A stretch of 64,000 nucleotides of DNA from Candidatus Muiribacteriota bacterium (GTDB taxonomy: Bacteria > Muiribacteriota > DAOVTB01): positions 107 through 64,106 of the forward strand of contig DAOVTB010000002.1 of NCBI GenBank assembly GCA_030633305.1, in the 5' to 3' direction. The position numbers and the translations under genes were made by a program. This document shows, piece after piece, positions 25,564 through 36,068 of the stretch (position 1 is its first letter; every line of letters starts with the position of its first letter). The notes beneath the pieces were generated by a model. It ran no database searches and was not told where the DNA came from. It worked only from the letters and a program-made list of their open reading frames with translations.

Positions 25564-27891
25564 TTATTTTTTCAATTCCTTCATTGCCATATAAACTTTT
25601 TCTGGCGTAAACGGACCATTGTTAATCCTTACACCAACAGCATCATATATCGCATTTGCGATTGCAGGAAGTGCACCATTTATCGAAATCTCAGACACAG
25701 ACTTTGCCCCAAACGGACCAGTTTCTTCATATGTATCAATCAGTGTAGTCTTTAACTCTGGCATATCAACTGTTGAAAGAATCTTGTAATTATTGAAATC
25801 AGGATTAAGCATAACACCTTTTTCATTAAAAAAATATTCTTCCGTCAATGCAAAACTAATTCCGTTAACTACTGCTCCCTGAGTCTGTCCATCAGCAAGA
25901 ATAGGATTAATCGGAGTTCCACAGTCAACTGGGGCTACATATTTCAACAAATCCACTTTACCTGTCATCGTGTCGACTTCGACTTCAACAAAATGAGCTG
26001 TAAATGGCGGAGGTGATTTATGTGTAATATGCGATTCACAGGCTGCAATCTGAAACTGATCTTTTGCATACATCGCAAAATTACAGATGTCAGAAAAACT
26101 GATCGTCTTATCACAAGTCTTACATTTCACCTGAGCATCCTCAAGATACATTTCATCAACAGAACAATCCTTAAACGGACCCATATTCTGTGCAACACCA
26201 AATATCTGCTCTTTTACTTTCTCAGCTGTTTTAAGTACAGCACTACCTGTAAGATAAGTAGTACTTGAAGCATAAGCACCAACATCAAATGGTGTAAAAT
26301 CTGTATCTGAAGAATATGGAATTATAAATTTTTCAGTTGTTCCAAGAACTTCTGCTGCAATCTGAGAAAGGACAGTATCAGAACCTGTTCCAAGATCTGT
26401 AGCCCCCATAAGTAAATTAAATGAGCCGTCTTCATTCATCTTTATAAAGGCTGATCCCATATCTATTTCAGGAACACTTGAGCCCTGCATCAATATAGCA
26501 ACCCCTTTACCACGTCGTTTATGCGGTTCTGAAGGAGGATTCTTCTTGCCCCATTCAATTTCTTTTTCTCCCCATTCAATACATTCTGCAAGGCCACAAG
26601 ATCCAATAGTCTGTGGAACACCTTCTTTACCTTCACCTAGTTTTTCGAAAATCGGAGAACCTTCACCAGATTTGATATGATTCATTTTTCTAAATTCAAC
26701 CGTATCCATACCGATTTTTTGTGCAACTTCTGATATCACACATTCCATTGCGAAAGCTGCCTGAGTAGCACCATAACCACGGTATGCTCCAGCAACAGGC
26801 ATGTTTGTATAAGCAGTATCACCCCAGAAACGAATGTTTTTGCAACGATATAAAGGTAACACTTTAGATCCACAGTTACTCATAACAGTCAATGCATGTG
26901 AACCATAAGCTCCGGTGTTACTTAAAACTTTCATTTCCATTGCATTTATTTTACCGTCTTTATTAGCACCTATTTTGATATTTACATACTGAGGATGACG
27001 TGTTCTTGAACTTATAAATTCTTCTTTTCTTGTAAGAGCCCATCTAACAGGTCTTCCAGTTCTCATTACAGCAAAAGCAACAACATCTTCAAGAAGGACT
27101 TCCTGTTTTGTTCCAAAACCACCACCAATTCTTGGTTTAATAACACGGATTTTTCTTATTGGAATTCCTGTACATTGAGCAGTTATACGCCTTGAATGGA
27201 ATGGAACCTGTGTGGAAACCCTGAGAACAAGCCGATCATTTTCATCAGGATATCCAATACAAATATGCGGTTCCATTGGACAATGCTGTGCATAATGAGA
27301 ATAATATTCTCTGTCAACCTGAACATCTGATTCTGCATAAGCTTTATCGAAATCTCCGGCTTCCACATCAACATGTGCACACAGGTTTCTTTCAGGTTCA
27401 TAAGCAACAGGAATCGGAATATAGCAATCTTCTTCATCATGGATAATAGGTGCGCCTTCTTTTATAGCATCTTTTGGATCAAAAACTGCAGGAAGAACAT
27501 CATATTCCACTTCAATCAATTTCATGGCTTCTTCAGCTATTTCTTCAGTTTCAGCAACGACAGCAGCTACTCTGTCACCAACAAAACGGACTTTCCTTCT
27601 AAAAGTGTATGTATCATATGGAGAAGGTTCAGGAAAACCCTGGCCTGCTGTCGTATGCGGAATTCGCGGAACGTTCTCATGAGTCATAATTGTATGTACA
27701 CCTTCAAGAGCTTCTGCTTTTTTGATATTGATACTCTTTATTACCGCATGAGCATGTGGCGATGTCAGCATCTTTATTTGAAGCATTCCCGGAAGATCGA
27801 TATCATCTACAAAAACTCCTCTTCCTGCTACAAGTGAATATCCATCTACTTTTTCAACACTAGTTTTTACAACCTTGAATTTTTTACTCAT
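25564..27891 (-). CDS. molybdopterin-binding large subunit of a xanthine dehydrogenase / aldehyde oxidoreductase family molybdenum hydroxylase
   Basis: 775 aa. Ald_Xan_dh_C-type motifs (GGGFGGK-like GGGFGTKQ, the active-site Glu region near the C-terminus). Confidence 0.85.
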   Translation of the reverse strand: MSKKFKVVKTSVEKVDGYSLVAGRGVFVDDIDLPGMLQIKMLTSPHAHAVIKSINIKKAEALEGVHTIMTHENVPRIPHTTAGQGFPEPSPYDTYTFRRKVRFVGDRVAAVVAETEEIAEEAMKLIEVEYDVLPAVFDPKDAIKEGAPIIHDEEDCYIPIPVAYEPERNLCAHVDVEAGDFDKAYAESDVQVDREYYSHYAQHCPMEPHICIGYPDENDRLVLRVSTQVPFHSRRITAQCTGIPIRKIRVIKPRIGGGFGTKQEVLLEDVVAFAVMRTGRPVRWALTRKEEFISSRTRHPQYVNIKIGANKDGKINAMEMKVLSNTGAYGSHALTVMSNCGSKVLPLYRCKNIRFWGDTAYTNMPVAGAYRGYGATQAAFAMECVISEVAQKIGMDTVEFRKMNHIKSGEGSPIFEKLGEGKEGVPQTIGSCGLAECIEWGEKEIEWGKKNPPSEPHKRRGKGVAILMQGSSVPEIDMGSAFIKMNEDGSFNLLMGATDLGTGSDTVLSQIAAEVLGTTEKFIIPYSSDTDFTPFDVGAYASSTTYLTGSAVLKTAEKVKEQIFGVAQNMGPFKDCSVDEMYLEDAQVKCKTCDKTISFSDICNFAMYAKDQFQIAACESHITHKSPPPFTAHFVEVEVDTMTGKVDLLKYVAPVDCGTPINPILADGQTQGAVVNGISFALTEEYFFNEKGVMLNPDFNNYKILSTVDMPELKTTLIDTYEETGPFGAKSVSEISINGALPAIANAIYDAVGVRINNGPFTPEKVYMAMKELKK

Positions 27892-27909
27892 AAATATTCT
27901 CTCCCATCT

Positions 27910-28371
27910 CTAACTTCGCATCTTCTTGCTTGCAGCAAGAATAGCTTCAATACGTTTAACATATCCAGTACATCTGCATAAATTTCCATCCAGAGCTTCT
28001 TTAACCTCTTCCTCAGTTGGATCAGGTTTTTCATTCAATAATGCCTTGGCGCTAAGCAACGAACCAGGATTACAATATCCACACTGTGTAGCTCCATGTT
28101 TTACAAAAGCTTCCTGAAGCGGATGAGGTTCTGCCATAGTTCCAAGTGATTCAACTGAATGAATAGAAGCACCTTCACAATCAGCAGCAAAAACCAGGCA
28201 GGAATTCACAGCATTCCCATTTAATAAAATTGTACAGGTTCCACATGTACCTTCTCTGCATCCTATTTTTACGCTTTTATATCCTGATTTGCGCAGTACA
28301 TCAACCAGAAGATCTCCTGGTTCAATATCCAGCACATGTAATTTATCGTTTATGTTTAATTTTAATTCCAT
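27910..28371 (-). CDS. [2Fe-2S]-binding small subunit of the molybdenum hydroxylase
   Basis: CREGTCGTCT plantlike ferredoxin motif and a second CGYC...C..C cluster. 153 aa. Confidence 0.9.
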   Translation of the reverse strand: MELKLNINDKLHVLDIEPGDLLVDVLRKSGYKSVKIGCREGTCGTCTILLNGNAVNSCLVFAADCEGASIHSVESLGTMAEPHPLQEAFVKHGATQCGYCNPGSLLSAKALLNEKPDPTEEEVKEALDGNLCRCTGYVKRIEAILAASKKMRS

Positions 28372-28383
28372 GTTTAATGCCTC

Positions 28384-29211
28384 CTACAATCCTTTCATCA
28401 GGTTTTTCACTATAAGATTTTCAGTGACTTCGCAGATATAACCTTTACTTACTCGGAAATCATCTCGGATCTTTACATTTTCGAATTCTTTTTTCAAAGC
28501 TTCTCTCAACGCTGATTCCGTCAACTCTTTTCCGATTAAAGCATTTTCAACTCCGGTGAGTCGAACTGGCAAAACAGAAACAGCACCAATTGCAAGTCTA
28601 AGTTCTTTTACAATTTTGTTTTCTGTCTTTATAAGTCCACAGATTGTAGTCATTGCAAAATCGACTTTAGTCTTTTGAAAAGTTTCCCAGAAATAACCTT
28701 CATTACCAGTATTTTTTTCTATCTCGATACCGGTAATAATTTTGTCTTTACCATATCCCTGACTTACAGGAGATTTTTCAAAATATTTTTGAAATGGAAC
28801 TTTATTATTTCCAGTGCTGACAACATTCCCATCCAGTAACATAAGTACTACTGGAATATCAGACCATGGAAAAACACTCACGATATTTCCACCAACAGTC
28901 ACTAGATTACGAGTAAGTGTCGAGCCAATATTTCTGCATGCAGAAGTTAAAATACCTCCCCATACATTATTGATACCTTCCCATTTGTAAAGTTCCTGTG
29001 CTGTTGTACCACCACCGATTTCAACTTTACTTCCAGTAACTTTCATCTCAGAAAGTTGGAGTTTTTTTAACGATACAAGACCTGATATAGAACCAGGAAC
29101 GTTCATAGCAACAGTTGTTCCACCGCCAATAACCATATTTTTCTCATCGCTGAGAAGTTCAAGTGCAGTGTCTAGATTTTCGGGTCTATAAAATTTTTTT
29201 ATTTTACTCAT
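28384..29211 (-). CDS. FAD-binding medium subunit of the molybdenum hydroxylase (CoxM/XdhB-like)
   Basis: 275 aa. GGGT-type FAD motif (VIGGGTTVAMN). Gene order medium-small-large, as in cox/xdh operons. Confidence 0.8.
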   Translation of the reverse strand: MSKIKKFYRPENLDTALELLSDEKNMVIGGGTTVAMNVPGSISGLVSLKKLQLSEMKVTGSKVEIGGGTTAQELYKWEGINNVWGGILTSACRNIGSTLTRNLVTVGGNIVSVFPWSDIPVVLMLLDGNVVSTGNNKVPFQKYFEKSPVSQGYGKDKIITGIEIEKNTGNEGYFWETFQKTKVDFAMTTICGLIKTENKIVKELRLAIGAVSVLPVRLTGVENALIGKELTESALREALKKEFENVKIRDDFRVSKGYICEVTENLIVKNLMKGL

Positions 29212-29228
29212 TCAAATTTTCCTTTCAT

Positions 29229-29792
29229 TTAATCTTGTTCTTCAATTTTTATTTTAACAATTTCTTTTTCCAACTGTTCTGAAAGTCTTGCAAGTTCAGC
29301 TGTATCTTCGTTGTTATTCTTACATTTTGTGGCAAGTTTATTTACTTCAATCGTAATCACTTTTATCTTTCTCAAGCGTTCACGATGTTTCTCCAGAAAC
29401 AGGTTCAAAACCTCTTCCAGATTGGATAACTGGTCATTTTTTCTGAGTTTTACTCTTAATGCGAGATTACCCTCTGCCATCTTGGTAAGGACTCTTTCAA
29501 TATTATATGCTGGTCCAGCTATCTGATGAGTAAAAAGTATGCCGATGAGAATAACAATAACAATGTTCACTCCTACTATCAGCAACAAACGCCATCTGAA
29601 CATAACAAAAATGTCTGAAATGGCCTGACTTATCTCAGGGGATTGTTTTGATAGCTGACTGATAAAATAGTTCATGAGCAAATAAATATTGCATGAACTG
29701 ATAACAAATATCAGAAGAAACAAAAGGACTACAGTAAAAATCAATTTAAACTGCATCTCCTTTTTAACAATAAACTGTTTTCTCATACGCAC
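29229..29792 (-). CDS. membrane protein with a HAMP domain and no output domain
   Basis: Two TM helices, then THQIAGPAYNIERVLTKMAEGNLALRV (HAMP-like), then a coiled coil. 187 aa. Confidence 0.45.
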   Translation of the reverse strand: MRMRKQFIVKKEMQFKLIFTVVLLFLLIFVISSCNIYLLMNYFISQLSKQSPEISQAISDIFVMFRWRLLLIVGVNIVIVILIGILFTHQIAGPAYNIERVLTKMAEGNLALRVKLRKNDQLSNLEEVLNLFLEKHRERLRKIKVITIEVNKLATKCKNNNEDTAELARLSEQLEKEIVKIKIEEQD

Positions 29793-31219
29793 ACCTCTCT
29801 TTTAATTATTTTTTGAACAATATTTTTTAATTCTAATTCAATATTATCTAATTCACTAAACTCTGATGTTTCAAAATACATCCTCAATAATTCTCTGTTT
29901 CCCGAAGTTCTTACATAGAACCATGTTCCATCAGAATAATTATACATCACTCCATCAAATTGCTTCTTACCAATAGCTTTTTCTCCCCTTAAAGTAAATG
30001 CATCAGTATTCTGAAAATAATCCAGAACAAACTTTTCATTACCGTCAAGTTCAATATCCACTCTTCGGGAATAGAAATAACCTGTTTTCTTCTGAAGTTC
30101 TTCCATAATCTCCGAAAGTGACTTGCCTTCGTAAGCTACCAGCTCAACCACTAGCAGTGCTGCCAGAATACCATCTTTTTCAGGCAAATAACCTTTTATA
30201 GAAAGACCTCCTGACTCTTCGCCACCAATAATGACATCAGATTCTCTCATTTTTTCGCTTATATATTTAAATCCAACCGGAGTATGTATAAGCGGAACTC
30301 CAAATAATTCACAAAGCCTGTCCAGCATTCTGGTTGAAGAAACTGATTTCACTACTTTTCCAGTAAAACTACGATTGCTGATAAGATGATATAATAGCAG
30401 AGACATCACTTGATTTGGATTAATGTAAACCCCATTTTTATCAATTACTCCAATCCTGTCTGCATCTCCATCTAATGAAATTCCCAGATCAAATCCATTT
30501 TCCAGAACAAGCCGCTTATCCTCTTCCAGATTGTGCTCTCCTGGATCTGGTTTTTTTCCACCAAAACAGCAATCTACATGATCATTTATTACAATCACCT
30601 GTGAACAGATTTCTTCAAGAATACTTTCAAGATAACCTCTTCCGGTTCCATACATGGGATTTATGACTATATTCATTTGCGCTTCCTGAATTTTATCAAG
30701 ATCAACAAATTTTTTCACATAATCAAGATAATCTTCCATTGGATCAAATTTACTGAATAATTCATAATCCAGCTGGAGATTACTATCATATTCATAGGAA
30801 CTTTCATTAAATTCCAGTAGTTTCTCAATATGTTTTATGATTTTTGGTTCGGCTGGGCCTGCATATGAAGGTATAAATTTTATACCGCAATATTCATAAG
30901 AAAAAGAACTGGCAGTTATCATAACTGCACCTGCAGTTTTCTTCTGGATAACACTGAAAGCAACAGAAGGAACTGGTACATCTCGTTCAGAAAAAAACAC
31001 TCTGATTTTGTTTTTGGTGAAAACACAGGCCATCTCATGAGCAAATTTATCAGCTAGAAATCTCGTATCATATCCAACAATAATCGTCTTATTTTCTGAA
31101 TGAGCATCGAGAATATAATCTGAAACAGCCTGAGCAAAGATTTGAACATTATTGAAAGTAAATGATCTTGCGATCATTGCTCTCCAGCCTTCTGTTCCGA
31201 ATCTTACAGTTTCCTTCAT
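29783..31219 (-). CDS. phosphoglucomutase/phosphomannomutase family protein
   Basis: GGEESGG motif. Alpha-D-phosphohexomutase domain order. 478 aa. Confidence 0.85.
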   Translation of the reverse strand: MKETVRFGTEGWRAMIARSFTFNNVQIFAQAVSDYILDAHSENKTIIVGYDTRFLADKFAHEMACVFTKNKIRVFFSERDVPVPSVAFSVIQKKTAGAVMITASSFSYEYCGIKFIPSYAGPAEPKIIKHIEKLLEFNESSYEYDSNLQLDYELFSKFDPMEDYLDYVKKFVDLDKIQEAQMNIVINPMYGTGRGYLESILEEICSQVIVINDHVDCCFGGKKPDPGEHNLEEDKRLVLENGFDLGISLDGDADRIGVIDKNGVYINPNQVMSLLLYHLISNRSFTGKVVKSVSSTRMLDRLCELFGVPLIHTPVGFKYISEKMRESDVIIGGEESGGLSIKGYLPEKDGILAALLVVELVAYEGKSLSEIMEELQKKTGYFYSRRVDIELDGNEKFVLDYFQNTDAFTLRGEKAIGKKQFDGVMYNYSDGTWFYVRTSGNRELLRMYFETSEFSELDNIELELKNIVQKIIKREVCV

Positions 31220-31346
31220 CTAAACCCTTAATCTTCCTTGCATTTTTTTGGGCAATAGCTATCTGTCGGACATAATTATCCTGTAATAGTAATTAATAAT
31301 TTAGCATAGTATTATATTAATGTCAAAGGATTGAAAAAGGACATTT

Positions 31347-31700
31347 CTATTCTTTTAAATTCAAAATTTCTTTCCTTAATCTAAAACCATAGTACAGAAT
31401 CGCAGTTGCTCCAAATAAAAAAACCATTGAAAGACTGCCAAGTTTATCCATAGAACTACATATATACTTGCCAAAATCAACATGTTCTTTAAAAGAACTT
31501 AACGCAATTTTCCTAAGTTTTTTAATATCTTGGGTATTGTTAATAAATTTGAGTATTTCAGAGTTTTTTGAAACAGTAGCATGTTTACTAATCTTATCTT
31601 CAGATGTAGATAAAAAGAATTGCGTTCCAACTAAACCAAAAAGTGAAATAATAAAAATTCCTGTTGAAACAATTAAAATCGTATTGATATACTTTTTCAT
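31347..31700 (-). CDS. small membrane protein, hypothetical
   Basis: Two predicted TM helices. 117 aa. Confidence 0.4.
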   Translation of the reverse strand: MKKYINTILIVSTGIFIISLFGLVGTQFFLSTSEDKISKHATVSKNSEILKFINNTQDIKKLRKIALSSFKEHVDFGKYICSSMDKLGSLSMVFLFGATAILYYGFRLRKEILNLKE

Positions 31701-31728
31701 ATTTCCCTATTTTTTTTCCTTTTAGTAA

Positions 31729-32313
31729 TTATTTTTCAAAATAACTGGTCTGATAATATATCGGAGACATAATATCCCGGGGTTTAAAATTTTCAGAATA
31801 TATGTATTCTATGATTTTTTCATGATCAAGATTTTTGAAATCCTCAAAAATAGAAAAAGAATCTGGATTTTGTTCTGCCTCTTCAGAAGAAAGACGAAAC
31901 ATGGGATTGATAATGTCAAATTCAGGATTTCCAACATAGGTAGATCCTACAAAACCACCCCGATTATCAGAAACACAAACTGAAAATTTCTCGGACTTCA
32001 AATGATTTGATGCAAAAACATCCAGAGCAGAAAAACCTTGGAGTTTAGAAGAGGGAAGATTTAATCCTTTTATCAGACCAAGTGCTGAAATAATAACAAC
32101 CCTTAGTGAAGAAAAATTTCCAGGACCAATATTTACAAATATTTTCCTAATTGATGTTTTATCTGGGCATACTTTTTGAATATAACTCAAAAGACAACTG
32201 GAATGTCGCGAACTTTCCGGAATACTTTCAATAACGACCTTATCTCCAGTCACTGCAATAACATTACCACCTTTAAACGGCAGATCTAGTATAATATCAG
32301 AATATTCTTTCAA
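31729..32313 (-). CDS. tsaB: tRNA threonylcarbamoyladenosine biosynthesis protein TsaB (YeaZ-like)
   Basis: ILDLPFKGGNVIAV...GPGNFSSLRVVIISALGL resembles the TsaB/YeaZ N-terminal fold. Adjacent to tsaE. Confidence 0.6.
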   Translation of the reverse strand: MKEYSDIILDLPFKGGNVIAVTGDKVVIESIPESSRHSSCLLSYIQKVCPDKTSIRKIFVNIGPGNFSSLRVVIISALGLIKGLNLPSSKLQGFSALDVFASNHLKSEKFSVCVSDNRGGFVGSTYVGNPEFDIINPMFRLSSEEAEQNPDSFSIFEDFKNLDHEKIIEYIYSENFKPRDIMSPIYYQTSYFEK

Positions 32314-32818
32314 AACTTAAACTCCTTGAATAATCCTCAGCTCTGTACGACAGGTGCGGCCTGTCAATTTTAACAGAAAAAAAGGATGAAAACATCTCTT
32401 TTAGACCATCGAGATTATTCCTGTTTATTTCTGGCGGCCATTCAATTACAAAAACTGCTTTTTCAGTCAGATCATTGAAAAGGTCAAGATAATGGATTTC
32501 TTCTATGCTGTCTTTTATCCTGTAGAGATCACAATGAAAAAGATCAACTGATTCATTATGATGCTCACGCATCAGTATAAATGTAGGAGAACAGACATAA
32601 TCTTCGTCAATACCAAAACCCCTGGCAATACCTTTTGTAAAATAGGTCTTACCGCAACCAAGATCCCCAAATAAAAATACAAGACATGGTCGTTTTAATG
32701 CCAGTTGTTCGCTGAATCGGTGACCAGAATCAATTGTTTCTTCAACAGAACTTGTTTTAACTATCAGCCTGTCATTCAACAGTAACGGATTTTGCAAGGT
32801 TTCTTGGCTTGTCAACAT
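32297..32818 (-). CDS. tsaE: tRNA threonylcarbamoyladenosine biosynthesis ATPase TsaE (YjeE)
   Basis: LFGDLGCGKTYFTKGIARGFGI...SPTFIL...HCDLYRI are signature TsaE motifs. The annotated start overlaps glmS. The real start is probably an internal codon. Confidence 0.75.
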   Translation of the reverse strand: MLTSQETLQNPLLLNDRLIVKTSSVEETIDSGHRFSEQLALKRPCLVFLFGDLGCGKTYFTKGIARGFGIDEDYVCSPTFILMREHHNESVDLFHCDLYRIKDSIEEIHYLDLFNDLTEKAVFVIEWPPEINRNNLDGLKEMFSSFFSVKIDRPHLSYRAEDYSRSLSFERIF

Positions 32819-34607
32819 TACAACCTCTAATTTTTGCTGCGTAATAAGATATTAACTGCACACAAAGAGAATTTAATATCGGTGATATCTCTTCACTGAC
32901 TTTGGGAACGAAAAGAACATCATTAACATCTCTGGTCAACTTATCATTTCCTTCTGTAACTATTGCTATCACTTTCCCTTTCCGCGCACGAACTTCAAGA
33001 ATATTACTAACTACTTTTTTATAAATAAAACTGTCCGTTGCAAGTGCTACAGTAGGAACAAATTCATCAATAAGTGCAATAGGTCCATGTTTCAATTCTC
33101 CAGAAGGATAACCTTCAGCATGTATATAAGAAATTTCCTTTAATTTCAATGCACCTTCCTGAGCGATCGGGTAATTATAATGTCGACCGAGAAAAAGGCA
33201 ACTTCTGACATCAGTATATTTAGAAATCACTTTTTCAACATTCAAAGATTCCAGCTCGAGATATTTATCAACCAGCTGCGGCAAACGACTAATTTCTTCA
33301 ACAAAACGTTTTTCATCATCACGACTAACTGTTCCTCTTACTTTTCCAAAATAAATAGCCAGCATCAATGTTGCCAGTGTCTGCGCTACAAAAGTTTTTG
33401 TTGCAGCAACTCCAATCTCAATGCCTGCACGCGTATACAAAACATCTTCAGCTTCACGGGCAATAGTGCTTCCTACTACATTAACAATACCTAGCAGCTT
33501 TCCACCATCTTCTTTAACTTTCCGCAAAGCAGCAAGTGTATCAGCTGTTTCTCCACTTTGTGATATCAAAACAGTGAAATCATGGTCTTTATTGATTACC
33601 AGATTCCTGTATCTGAATTCTGAGGCAACATCACAGGAAGAATGTATCTTGGCAATTTCTTCCATGTAATACTTTCCAATGATTCCAGCATGATAAGCCG
33701 TACCACATGCAACAAAATTAATATGTTCAATATATTTTATCTCTTCAGAAGTTATATTCAACTCACTGAGATCTACACTTTCTTCATCCAGATGAATTCG
33801 GCCACGCATTGTATTCTGTAAAACACTGGCCTGTTCATGTATTTCTTTCAACATAAAATGTTCAAAGCCACCTTTTTCAGCACTCTCAACATCCCATCCA
33901 ATTTCAACTACATTATTTTTTACAGGGGTATTCTTTAAAGTTGATATTTCAATTGAATCGGCGGTAATGACAGCAACTTCTCCGTCATCAAGATAAATCA
34001 CCTTTCGCGTCCTGTTCAAAATTGCAGGTACATCAGAAGCAATATAGTTTTCTCCATCGCCAACACCAATAATCAGAGGCGAACCTTTTCGAGCTGCAAT
34101 GATCCTGTCTGGTTCCCGAAGCGAGATTACAGCAAGAGCATATGCGCCTTCAACTTCATGCAATGCCATTTTCACTGCAAATGCAAGATCGTTTTCATAT
34201 AACTCTTCAATCAGATGTACAATTACTTCTGTATCAGTTTCTGAACTAAATTTATGTCCTTTCTTTAACAACTTCTGTTTTAACTCATAATAATTTTCAA
34301 TTATTCCATTATGAACAACTACCAGTTCCTCTTTGCAATCAACATGTGGATGAGCATTAAAATCACTTGGAACACCATGAGTTGCCCATCTGGTATGTCC
34401 AATTCCAATAGTTGCATGGGTTTCTTTATCTTCTAAAAGTTCGATAAGATTAGATAATTCGCCTTCACTTTTCTTTAAAAAAAGAGCTTCATTCTCTATT
34501 ATGGCAATCCCGGCAGAATCATATCCTCTGTATTCAAGTTTTGCCAGACCATCCAGAATGACATCTTTTACGTTTTTGTTACCAATGTAACCTACAATTC
34601 CACACAT
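32772..34607 (-). CDS. glmS: glutamine--fructose-6-phosphate aminotransferase
   Basis: MCGIVGY N-terminus (Cys nucleophile) with RBS GGAGGA upstream. SIS domains. C-terminal ...SVTVE. The ORF-track start at 34634 adds 9 extra codons. The true start is most likely the Met-Cys at 34607. Confidence 0.93.
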   Translation of the reverse strand: MCGIVGYIGNKNVKDVILDGLAKLEYRGYDSAGIAIIENEALFLKKSEGELSNLIELLEDKETHATIGIGHTRWATHGVPSDFNAHPHVDCKEELVVVHNGIIENYYELKQKLLKKGHKFSSETDTEVIVHLIEELYENDLAFAVKMALHEVEGAYALAVISLREPDRIIAARKGSPLIIGVGDGENYIASDVPAILNRTRKVIYLDDGEVAVITADSIEISTLKNTPVKNNVVEIGWDVESAEKGGFEHFMLKEIHEQASVLQNTMRGRIHLDEESVDLSELNITSEEIKYIEHINFVACGTAYHAGIIGKYYMEEIAKIHSSCDVASEFRYRNLVINKDHDFTVLISQSGETADTLAALRKVKEDGGKLLGIVNVVGSTIAREAEDVLYTRAGIEIGVAATKTFVAQTLATLMLAIYFGKVRGTVSRDDEKRFVEEISRLPQLVDKYLELESLNVEKVISKYTDVRSCLFLGRHYNYPIAQEGALKLKEISYIHAEGYPSGELKHGPIALIDEFVPTVALATDSFIYKKVVSNILEVRARKGKVIAIVTEGNDKLTRDVNDVLFVPKVSEEISPILNSLCVQLISYYAAKIRGCNVDKPRNLAKSVTVE

Positions 34608-34632
34608 CTTTTCCTCCGATTTTCTTCGTGGC

Positions 34633-34803
34633 AAAATTCTTTCTTTTTCTCACACTTGCCGGTATGGGTATAAGGTGCCAAAGCACTGTGAATTTATCCC
34701 TGCACCTATCACCATATAAATTAAAGTCCATTGGCACCAATCATTTAATTTAACAATTTTTCTCTGCATTCTCGGCGATCTTGGCGCGAAATTCTTTCTT
34801 TTT
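34633..34803. repeat. R3 small element, standalone copy E (core about 34661-34741), bracketed by 15-nt direct repeats AAATTCTTTCTTTTT (34633-34648 and 34789-34803)
   Basis: The core ggtataaggtgccaaagcactgtgaat...attaaagtccattggcacc is homologous to 12574-12650. The direct repeats are exact. Confidence 0.6.
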
Positions 34804-35520
34804 TTACTCAGTGATCAGTTTTTTCATTTCAACAACAGCTTCTTTCAAACCTGTAAAAACTGAACGGGCAATAATGCTATGTCCAATATTTAATTCTTCA
34901 AGATCAGGTATCTGCAACATATTCTTTACATTCCTGTAATTCAGACCATGCCCTGCATTGATACGAAGTCCCATTGTCTTTGCAAACCGAGCTGATTTTA
35001 TCAAAAGTTCAAGCTCGGATTTTTGCTTTTCTTCACCAATGGCATCTGCATACTTACCCGTATGTAATTCAATAAATTCAACACCACATCTTGATGATTC
35101 CCTTATCTGTTCAGTGTCCGGGTCAATAAACAATGAAACTTTAATTCCAGCAGAATTAAATTTTTCTGTAGCTTTTTTTATATCTTCCTTGTTTCCAACT
35201 ACATCCAATCCACCTTCAGTCGTTACTTCTTCTCGCTTTTCAGGAACAATAGTGACCATATCTGGTTTAGCTTCCAGTGCAATTTCAATAATTTCAGGTG
35301 TTAAAGCCATTTCCAGATTCAAACTGGTTTTAACTGTTTCACGCAAGATTCTAAGATCCCTGTCATTTATATGTCTTCTGTCTTCCCTTAGATGAATAGT
35401 TATCCCATCTGCACCACCAAGTTCTGACAGAACCGCTCCCCATACAGGATCCGGTTCATTGATTTTTCGAGCTTCGCGAATTGTCGCAATATGATCAATA
35501 TTAACTCCCAGCTTTACCAT
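34804..35520 (-). CDS. pdxJ: pyridoxine 5'-phosphate synthase
   Basis: [19 protein letters not shown]... is the canonical PdxJ N-terminus. 238 aa. Confidence 0.9.
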   Translation of the reverse strand: MVKLGVNIDHIATIREARKINEPDPVWGAVLSELGGADGITIHLREDRRHINDRDLRILRETVKTSLNLEMALTPEIIEIALEAKPDMVTIVPEKREEVTTEGGLDVVGNKEDIKKATEKFNSAGIKVSLFIDPDTEQIRESSRCGVEFIELHTGKYADAIGEEKQKSELELLIKSARFAKTMGLRINAGHGLNYRNVKNMLQIPDLEELNIGHSIIARSVFTGLKEAVVEMKKLITE

Positions 35521-35618
35521 TTTCTAAAACTCCTTAAAAATTCTATTATTTAAATTTCATAATAAATTATTATAAACTTTTTTTATATAATTTCAATATA
35601 CATTTTGTGTTTTGGGTA

Positions 35619-35984
35619 TCAGATTAAAAGTTTTATGGTCAAATCGTCTTCACTATGCTCAGCTTTTCTAAGTGGAGTCTCTTTGAGTTCATCCATAGCC
35701 AGAGTATTAGCACCAGCTGAAATCAGCAATTTAACAATTTCACTATTCCCTTTTTCGGCTGCAATATGAAGCGGAGTCTTTTGATAAAAATCACGCGAAT
35801 CTATATCAGAATCATTTTCAATCAGGAATTTTACAACTTTACTCTCACCGTTCTTTGCTGCAAGATGCATAGCGGTTTCACCCAGATTGTTTTTACAATT
35901 TATATTTTTTCCTCTTTTCAGCTCCATCTTAATCGTATTCAGATCACCATGAATTGCACCCATATGAAGAAGATTCGTTCCCAT
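35619..35984 (-). CDS. ankyrin-repeat protein (121 aa)
   Basis: Three ANK units (G.TALH.AA..G). About 33-aa periodicity. Confidence 0.8.
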   Translation of the reverse strand: MGTNLLHMGAIHGDLNTIKMELKRGKNINCKNNLGETAMHLAAKNGESKVVKFLIENDSDIDSRDFYQKTPLHIAAEKGNSEIVKLLISAGANTLAMDELKETPLRKAEHSEDDLTIKLLI

Positions 35985-36068
35985 TTATACTCCTTTTAAC
36001 AATACCTGTACACTATTGAATGATATCTCTTTATATTCTCAAGGTCAACACTTTACTCTGTCAATTCA

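Noticed and set aside
34608-34803. Possible glmS ribozyme in the glmS 5' leader (minus strand shows tcGCGCCAAGAtcGCC, vaguely like the GCGCCAGAAC core)
   Set aside because: The invariant GACGAGG and the P2/P2.1 pseudoknot elements of the glmS ribozyme are absent. The similarity is a single short stretch. The region is better explained by the R3 repeat. Not called.
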